IMG/VR virus record: IMGVR_UViG_3300009011_000001
Location: 62,001 to 126,000 of that record
Reading direction: 5' to 3' (one strand)
DNA length: 64,000 bases
Position 1 is the first letter of the stretch, and each line of letters begins with the position of its first letter. The notes below the pieces were generated by a model. It was not told the origin of the DNA. It worked only from the letters and a program-made list of their open reading frames with translations, and did no database searches. The position numbers and the translations under genes were made by a program. Of the stretch, positions 58,686-64,000 are shown one piece after another.

Positions 58686-59863
58686 GATGTTTTGTTATCC
58701 TGTTTTGGTGTTTCGTAACGGCGGGTGCAGATGGCAACGTATTCGACACCGGCACGAATGGTTTTGAGGTAAAAAGGACTTACCTGAGTCAGACCACTAC
58801 TGCAGAGCTGGAACGCTTTAACCAAAGCGCGTGTACGCTCGGAGAAGGCCTTTCCTTGAGCACTGTCGGTGTAGCTGCTGGCCATAGACGCGGCTTCTTT
58901 AGCGGCGCTCTGAGACAGCTTGTCGAGACGATCGATTTCACGCGACATCTTCTTGAAAGACGCCAACGCCTGTTCGGCAACTTCGAGACCGTGTTCCATC
59001 TCGCTCAACGTCAGTACCGGACCTTCAGCTTTCGGTGCCTTGACGCTTTGAGAGATCTTGACCTTGGCCCCATTGAGAAGACCAACGCCAGAACCCGGAA
59101 CGATTTCCAGAACTCGACCTACCACAAACTCGATCTTGACAGCAGACAGGTTTGGAAGGTTCTTGAGGACGTGGGTTTCTTTATCGAAGATCCCGTACCA
59201 CTCATGCAGGAAGTCAGAGAACCGTGCATCGGATTCGACGATCTGACGATCTGGTTTGGAGATAGACCCGGAGCGCCCTGTCATGTAGTCAGCCGAAGCG
59301 CCCAACTTGACCGGTTCTTTGCTCTTTGGATCGCCTTTGAGCGTAGCGACCTTAGCGTTGACCTTGTCGACGTACTTGCCGACAGAATCCGCAGTAAGAG
59401 TCAGCTGCCCCCACCAACGCTTGATCGCGTCAATGATGCGCTTAAGAGCTTCAGCCAGCCAAGTCCCGATCCTCGAACCATTAGACTTGCGGTTGTCCTT
59501 GAGTTCCGTCGAAAACTGCTCGGAGGATTCAAAGGACGGAGTCCACACATGTCCTGGAACGTAGAGACCAGCGGCTCGGAAATAACACTCAACAGAGACA
59601 GCCAACTGCTGCGCAGCTTCTGGAGTGATTTCCTTTCCTTCATGAATAGTAACGAAGTTGTCGAAAATGCCGTCAAGGTTGTTTTGACCTTCTACGACTT
59701 CTACGATCTGGTCTGCATCGGATGCCGCGCTGAGCGACAGGTCATCCAAACATACGAACTGCGTATCGCAGTAACCGGAAGCATCGACGATGTCGTTTTC
59801 CAGACTAAGGGCACTTGCGTGCCCTACGCTGCGACTTGCCAGACGTGACAAGACGCTATCCAT
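58682..59863 (-). CDS. Internal head protein paralogue
   Basis: 393 aa; SLE, VSVEC, PSFE and FSTE motifs. Confidence 0.8.
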   Translation of the reverse strand: MDSVLSRLASRSVGHASALSLENDIVDASGYCDTQFVCLDDLSLSAASDADQIVEVVEGQNNLDGIFDNFVTIHEGKEITPEAAQQLAVSVECYFRAAGLYVPGHVWTPSFESSEQFSTELKDNRKSNGSRIGTWLAEALKRIIDAIKRWWGQLTLTADSVGKYVDKVNAKVATLKGDPKSKEPVKLGASADYMTGRSGSISKPDRQIVESDARFSDFLHEWYGIFDKETHVLKNLPNLSAVKIEFVVGRVLEIVPGSGVGLLNGAKVKISQSVKAPKAEGPVLTLSEMEHGLEVAEQALASFKKMSREIDRLDKLSQSAAKEAASMASSYTDSAQGKAFSERTRALVKAFQLCSSGLTQVSPFYLKTIRAGVEYVAICTRRYETPKQDNKTS

Positions 59864-59866
59864 TGA

Positions 59867-61216
59867 TCACTCCTCAGGCTTTTCTTTTTTGTCGTCCGGT
59901 TGGACGTCGTCCTTGCCGCGAGTGTCATCCGGCTTTTCTTTGGACTCATCCTTGCCGTAGCCGTTGGCAGACTTGGCCACGTAAACCAGATTCGAACGCA
60001 GAACACGCAGCACTGGACCGAAGGTGGCGTTGAAACCATCCAGCGCCAGACGGGAACCGCCAGACAGCATCTGGCCAGCTTTGCGCATTTCGGCACCGCC
60101 GTTATCGGCTTCACCTTTCTTCTGCAGACCATGGGAGACCATGCCAGCAGCTTTACCGATACGGCCAATGCTGCGAATGCGCTTCAGGGTATCGTTCCAC
60201 TTGCTGACATCTTTCTCGATGTTCACCAGGTCCAGCAAAACGGCATCGACGGCATCGATGGTTTCTTTCATCTGAACTTCGCTCAGATATTTGAAAGAAG
60301 CATCCTTGGCCGTACCCTCACCATCAACCACTTTCGCCTTGGCGCCGACGATCGGACTGTCGCTGGAAGCACCCGGGGTGATTTCCAGATCGTGGAAAGG
60401 CGTGAACTGATACTTCAGAACCGGTGGCATTTTGGCCGAGGCGCTGCTGAGGATGGTGCGCATGCGATCGGGCTTGTTCGAGGCTATCGCAGAAACGTTT
60501 TCTTCGTTCAGCAGGCCGTCGAAGTGCTTGGACCACGCGTCGATAAACTTCTTGTAGTCGGTGTTGGTGGTGTTCACGATCGACTGGGCTTCGCCAGATT
60601 TGGTCAGAGCACCATCAGAACCCAACTTCAGCTCACCGGTAGGGGTTGCGCCCTTAACGGTTTCTACGCGCTCACGAACACGCTTGCTGTAGGCCTGGAT
60701 CGAGTTGATGTTGTTACGCAGCTTGGCGATAACGCTACCAACAAATTCGCTGAACGAGGCGAAGGCTTTCTTGATGCTTTCCCAGATGCGGTCAATGACG
60801 CTCTGAGACTTCTCTTCGGCTTCGGTCGAGTACTGAATGCGGGTCTTACCTTCGAAAGAAGGCAGAACGACCGACGCAGGGATGTTCATGCCCATGGCGC
60901 GCAACACGCACTCGACAGACACTTGGAGAACTTCAGCGGCTTCCTGAGGAATGCCGGCATCGCCATAAACAGCGATGGTTTCATCAACCAGACCAGCGAG
61001 GCCTTCAGCACCGTTAGTCGAGGCGACGATGTTGTCGGATGCGCCATTGGCTTCGGCAACGAGCTGTTCTTGCTCAACGATCTCGGCGTCCATGGTGTTG
61101 GCCATTTCGACGATTTCGCTTTCAAAGCTGTAGGAGGCTTCTTGTTCAATTCGGGCGGCTTGAACGCCGTGGTTCGCCAACGAACGGCGAGCCAGCATGG
61201 TAGTCATGGTGGACAT
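59867..61216 (-). CDS. Internal head protein paralogue
   Basis: 449 aa; ASDNIV, VSVECVLR, VLPSFE and QYSTEAE motifs. Confidence 0.82.
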   Translation of the reverse strand: MSTMTTMLARRSLANHGVQAARIEQEASYSFESEIVEMANTMDAEIVEQEQLVAEANGASDNIVASTNGAEGLAGLVDETIAVYGDAGIPQEAAEVLQVSVECVLRAMGMNIPASVVLPSFEGKTRIQYSTEAEEKSQSVIDRIWESIKKAFASFSEFVGSVIAKLRNNINSIQAYSKRVRERVETVKGATPTGELKLGSDGALTKSGEAQSIVNTTNTDYKKFIDAWSKHFDGLLNEENVSAIASNKPDRMRTILSSASAKMPPVLKYQFTPFHDLEITPGASSDSPIVGAKAKVVDGEGTAKDASFKYLSEVQMKETIDAVDAVLLDLVNIEKDVSKWNDTLKRIRSIGRIGKAAGMVSHGLQKKGEADNGGAEMRKAGQMLSGGSRLALDGFNATFGPVLRVLRSNLVYVAKSANGYGKDESKEKPDDTRGKDDVQPDDKKEKPEE

Positions 61217-61227
61217 GGAAATACCTC

Positions 61228-61264
61228 TATAAAGCAGGAGGTCCGAAGACCCCCTGCGGTATGA
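61228..61264 (-). terminator. CATA-hairpin(TTCG) element on the minus strand
   Basis: Minus strand reads cataccgcagggggtc-ttcg-gacctcctgcttt. Confidence 0.7.
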
Positions 61265-62560
61265 TTAAGCAGCGGCTTTATCAGCAGGCTTGCCCTTGCC
61301 GTGGGCGTTGGCCGACTTGTTGACGTAGGTCAGGTTGGCACGAACCACGTCGAGGACAGCAGGAACCGACTGGCTCAGGCCATCGATACCGACACGGGCC
61401 AGACTCGAGAGAACCTGACCAGCCATGGAAGTTTCCTTGGCGAAAGCTTTGTGCGCGTCGTCTTTTGCCTGCAGGCTGTGAAGAGCACCGCTAACGCGCT
61501 GGCCACGACCGGCGCTTTTGAGGGTGTTCAGGTTGGCGCGATATTTCTCGAAGTCCTTGGTCAGGTATTCGAGTTCCGCGATCAGTGCGTCGACGCCTTC
61601 CAGCACCTGATGCATGGTGGCTTTCGAAAGAACATCGTGACTTTCGGCAACTTTCGCATTGGCGTCGAACTCGACCTTGGCTTTCGCCCCGACCAGCGGG
61701 TTCTCTGCGTTGGTGCCTTTGGTGATGTGCAGGATGTGGTACGAGGTTACAGGGACCTTTTCCCACTCAGGCAGTTTCTTCTGTTCGGCCATCATCAGGG
61801 TGGTGACAGCTTCGCCGACCTTTTCGGGATCTTTCATCGCAGCTTTCGACAGGTCGGAGCTGAGGACCATACCGAAGTACTCTTCCCACTTGTGCACGAA
61901 CGCAGTGAAGTAGCCCTTGCTGGTGGTCAGGTTCTGAACCGGCGCTTTAGGATTGGCAAGTTTGCCATAACTACCCAGACTGACGGTGCCAGTAGCGTCG
62001 GCGCCTTCGAGCTTGTTGACTTTTTCTTTCAACTTCTCGGAGAGCTTTTTCAGGTTGGCCGTGGAGTTGCGGACCTTGTCGATCATGCTCATGAAGAAGT
62101 CAGCCATTTGGGCGAAGATCTTCTTGATCCATTCCAGAATGCGGTTGACCACGCCTTCTTTCTTGGCTTCGGCTTCGGTCGAGTATTGCGCAGGAGTGGC
62201 GCAGGATTCGAACGACGGCAGGACGGTGCAGAAACCGCCTGGGTGGCCCATGATGCGCAACACGCATTCAACGGAGACTTCCAGTTGCTTTGCAGCATCT
62301 TCTGGAATGCCGTTCTCGCCGTAGATGGCGATGGTGTTGTCGACCAGATCCGACAGGCTATCGACGCCAGTGTCGCTCTGAACGATGTTATCAGAAGCTT
62401 CGGTGATCTGACCGGATACTTCGGCTACTTCAGCAACGTCGCCGTCGACCGCTTCGGTCAATTCAACGATGTCACTTTCAAGGCTCAGCAGAGAAGCCTT
62501 GTCTGCGGCGTTGCGTGCATCGGTAGTACGTTGAGCCAACGTGCCCATGATAGTGCTCAT
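61265..62560 (-). CDS. Internal head protein paralogue
   Basis: 431 aa; shares ASDNIV, VSVECVLR, VLPSFE and QYSTEAE with 59867..61216. Confidence 0.82.
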   Translation of the reverse strand: MSTIMGTLAQRTTDARNAADKASLLSLESDIVELTEAVDGDVAEVAEVSGQITEASDNIVQSDTGVDSLSDLVDNTIAIYGENGIPEDAAKQLEVSVECVLRIMGHPGGFCTVLPSFESCATPAQYSTEAEAKKEGVVNRILEWIKKIFAQMADFFMSMIDKVRNSTANLKKLSEKLKEKVNKLEGADATGTVSLGSYGKLANPKAPVQNLTTSKGYFTAFVHKWEEYFGMVLSSDLSKAAMKDPEKVGEAVTTLMMAEQKKLPEWEKVPVTSYHILHITKGTNAENPLVGAKAKVEFDANAKVAESHDVLSKATMHQVLEGVDALIAELEYLTKDFEKYRANLNTLKSAGRGQRVSGALHSLQAKDDAHKAFAKETSMAGQVLSSLARVGIDGLSQSVPAVLDVVRANLTYVNKSANAHGKGKPADKAAA

Positions 62561-62679
62561 TCCATTCCCCTAACTGTTTAATAGATCTTTGGTTGTTCGC
62601 CGCAGTAAAAATAGAGTAGTCAATAATAACCCTGATACCCAGTCGTATGACCACCACATAAGATCGAAGGTTACCCTAC

Positions 62680-63108
62680 ATGATAGACTTTCTGTTGGCC
62701 GACTTTATGTTTGATGCGCCTCTAGATAAGTACGTCGACACCGCGATCACTTACCAACTCGAGGACATCAGGTTCGACGTTACTGAGTACGGGAATCTTC
62801 AGCCAACGTGCATCCTCTACAACGACAGTACCGATCCGGACCCAACCACATTTGTCCAGTTGCCCAATATCGACGTCTTGTTTAAGAAACGTCTATTGAT
62901 TGGCGATATTGTTGACCATGATCTGAACCTGATCACTAGACCTGAGGATGCGTCGCCAGTACCCATCCCTAGGTGTTGCAAGCGTTGCGGGTTTAAGTTG
63001 TCCATTACCCATCAGAGAAAACTGATCATCAAATGTTTATACTGTCAACGGCAGAAGGAACGCCTAAATGAGTTTCCGTTTACTGAGTCCCGTCGGAATC
63101 ATTCCTAA
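62680..63108 (+). CDS. Hypothetical protein with C-terminal Zn ribbon
   Basis: 142 aa; CKRC...CLYC. Confidence 0.65.
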   Translation: MIDFLLADFMFDAPLDKYVDTAITYQLEDIRFDVTEYGNLQPTCILYNDSTDPDPTTFVQLPNIDVLFKKRLLIGDIVDHDLNLITRPEDASPVPIPRCCKRCGFKLSITHQRKLIIKCLYCQRQKERLNEFPFTESRRNHS

Positions 63109-63505
63109 GGGCTCACTCATCGGCATGAGCGTTAACATGATGGGGACTGCAGGTACTGGACTTGCACTCTCTATCAGGGAACATCAACGATCTGTGTTTG
63201 ATCAGTACGTGAAAGCTTGCAGGCGAGGGACTATCAATACCGACACCATTGTCCTCGATGGTCTGCATCAGAAACTTCTATTGATGCCTATTAAAACGGG
63301 CTGTGTAAGTCATCCATCTCTGGAGATCATTGAAACATCTATTAAACGGTTGTGGCTCTACATGACCGAGAACAATATCGATACCGTCTATCTTCCAAAG
63401 CTGGGTTGTTCTGAAGGCCCACGCAGTCTTGATTTTGATGAGGACATCATTCCTTTACTTACGAAATACTTCCTCGATACCGACTTTACGATCTACATCT
63501 ATTAA
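63068..63505 (+). CDS. Macrodomain protein, TARG1/DarG-like ADP-ribose hydrolase fold
   Basis: SVNMMGTAGTGLA, LMPIK, SLEIIETSI and YLPKLGC match the macrodomain pattern (N..G.MG.G.A / FPTK / P.LGCG). Confidence 0.7.
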   Translation: MSFRLLSPVGIIPKGSLIGMSVNMMGTAGTGLALSIREHQRSVFDQYVKACRRGTINTDTIVLDGLHQKLLLMPIKTGCVSHPSLEIIETSIKRLWLYMTENNIDTVYLPKLGCSEGPRSLDFDEDIIPLLTKYFLDTDFTIYIY

Positions 63506-63506
63506 C

Positions 63507-63544
63507 GACATACAGCCAGCCCATAGGGGCTGGCTGTATGCTGT
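63507..63544 (+). terminator. CATA-hairpin-TATG element
   Basis: catacagccagccc-atag-gggctggctgtatg. Confidence 0.8.
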
Positions 63545-63573
63545 ATTTATCACATCTAAAAAATCTTCAGTCA

Positions 63574-63588
63574 CACATTGCACAACTG
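63574..63588 (+). promoter_or_regulatory. Putative early promoter CACATTGC-N5-TG
   Basis: One-mismatch variant; upstream context (cagtca) matches the 21898 copy. Confidence 0.5.
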
Positions 63589-63634
63589 AATCAAACCCAC
63601 CCTGTTCTTAGGGTTCCGTTGTAGGAGTATAGAC

Positions 63635-63748
63635 ATGAAAGAAGTTACCTTCTTGGCGATCGGTCTCTGTATCGGTCTGTACATTGGCCGTCTGAAAAAC
63701 GCAGTCAATAAGGAGGTCAAGCAACCTTGCCCATGTCCTAAAACTTAA
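63635..63748 (+). CDS. 37-aa small putative membrane protein (absent from the ORF track)
   Basis: AGGAG RBS; MKEVTFLAIGLCIGLYIGRLKNAVNKEVKQPCPCPKT. Confidence 0.6.
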   Translation: MKEVTFLAIGLCIGLYIGRLKNAVNKEVKQPCPCPKT

Positions 63749-63800
63749 GCGCTAAACTGCGGGACGCCATACCGTCCCGCATATTCAGAGGAGTTCCACC

Positions 63801-64000
63801 ATGTTTACAGTTACTCAGAAATACCTTGTAAAGCTGCGTGCCGAGTTCGCACGACTGGATCCGGCTGTCTTCGATAAAGGCATGTGGCAAATCTGCCGTG
63901 CTCTGAACAAGATGCCTGATCTCGTTACCGCGTCCTGCTGCTCGGGCCATGGCGAGCCTGAAAGCACCGCCACTGGTGATTTCTACATCGTCCTGCATGC
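63801..64000 (+). CDS. Hypothetical protein, 3'-truncated
   Basis: GAGGAG RBS; open to the window end; DKGMWQICRALNKMPDLVTASCCSGH. Confidence 0.65.
   Translation, partial: MFTVTQKYLVKLRAEFARLDPAVFDKGMWQICRALNKMPDLVTASCCSGHGEPESTATGDFYIVLH

Noticed and set aside
1-64000. CRISPR arrays, tRNA/rRNA genes, IS elements, integrases, inteins
   Set aside because: No regularly spaced direct repeats, cloverleafs, transposase or intein motifs seen by eye; the recurring hairpins are dispersed single palindromes. tRNAscan/Infernal were not run.

Overview
This 64-kb window is a core segment of a nucleus-forming, phiKZ-like jumbo phage (Chimalliviridae), probably infecting Pseudomonas. It carries the phage-nucleus module: the chimallin shell ChmA, a ChmC-like RNA-binding protein and a PicA/Imp1-like import factor. 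It also holds four non-virion RNA polymerase subunits without introns, one virion RNAP beta' piece, both halves of the split family-B DNA polymerase, an SbcD/Mre11 nuclease and an SF2 helicase. The virion genes cover baseplate/neck proteins and two clusters of protease-processed inner-head paralogues, and there are small accessory genes including a TARG1/DarG-like macrodomain. phiKZ gp numbers are assigned from remembered synteny, sizes and motifs, not from database searches. Most notable observations: (1) a T9 slippery site that would fuse a 610-aa ORF to the next ORF by a -1 shift, like lambda G/GT; (2) about 15 intergenic hairpins with variable stems but conserved CATA and/or TATG flanks, three of which bound apparently inverted gene blocks; (3) a ChmC tail mimicking the host SSB C-terminal tip; (4) short motifs shared by the tails of PicA and its neighbour; (5) a YACATTRC-N5-TG early promoter that gives chmA a long, apparently structured leader.
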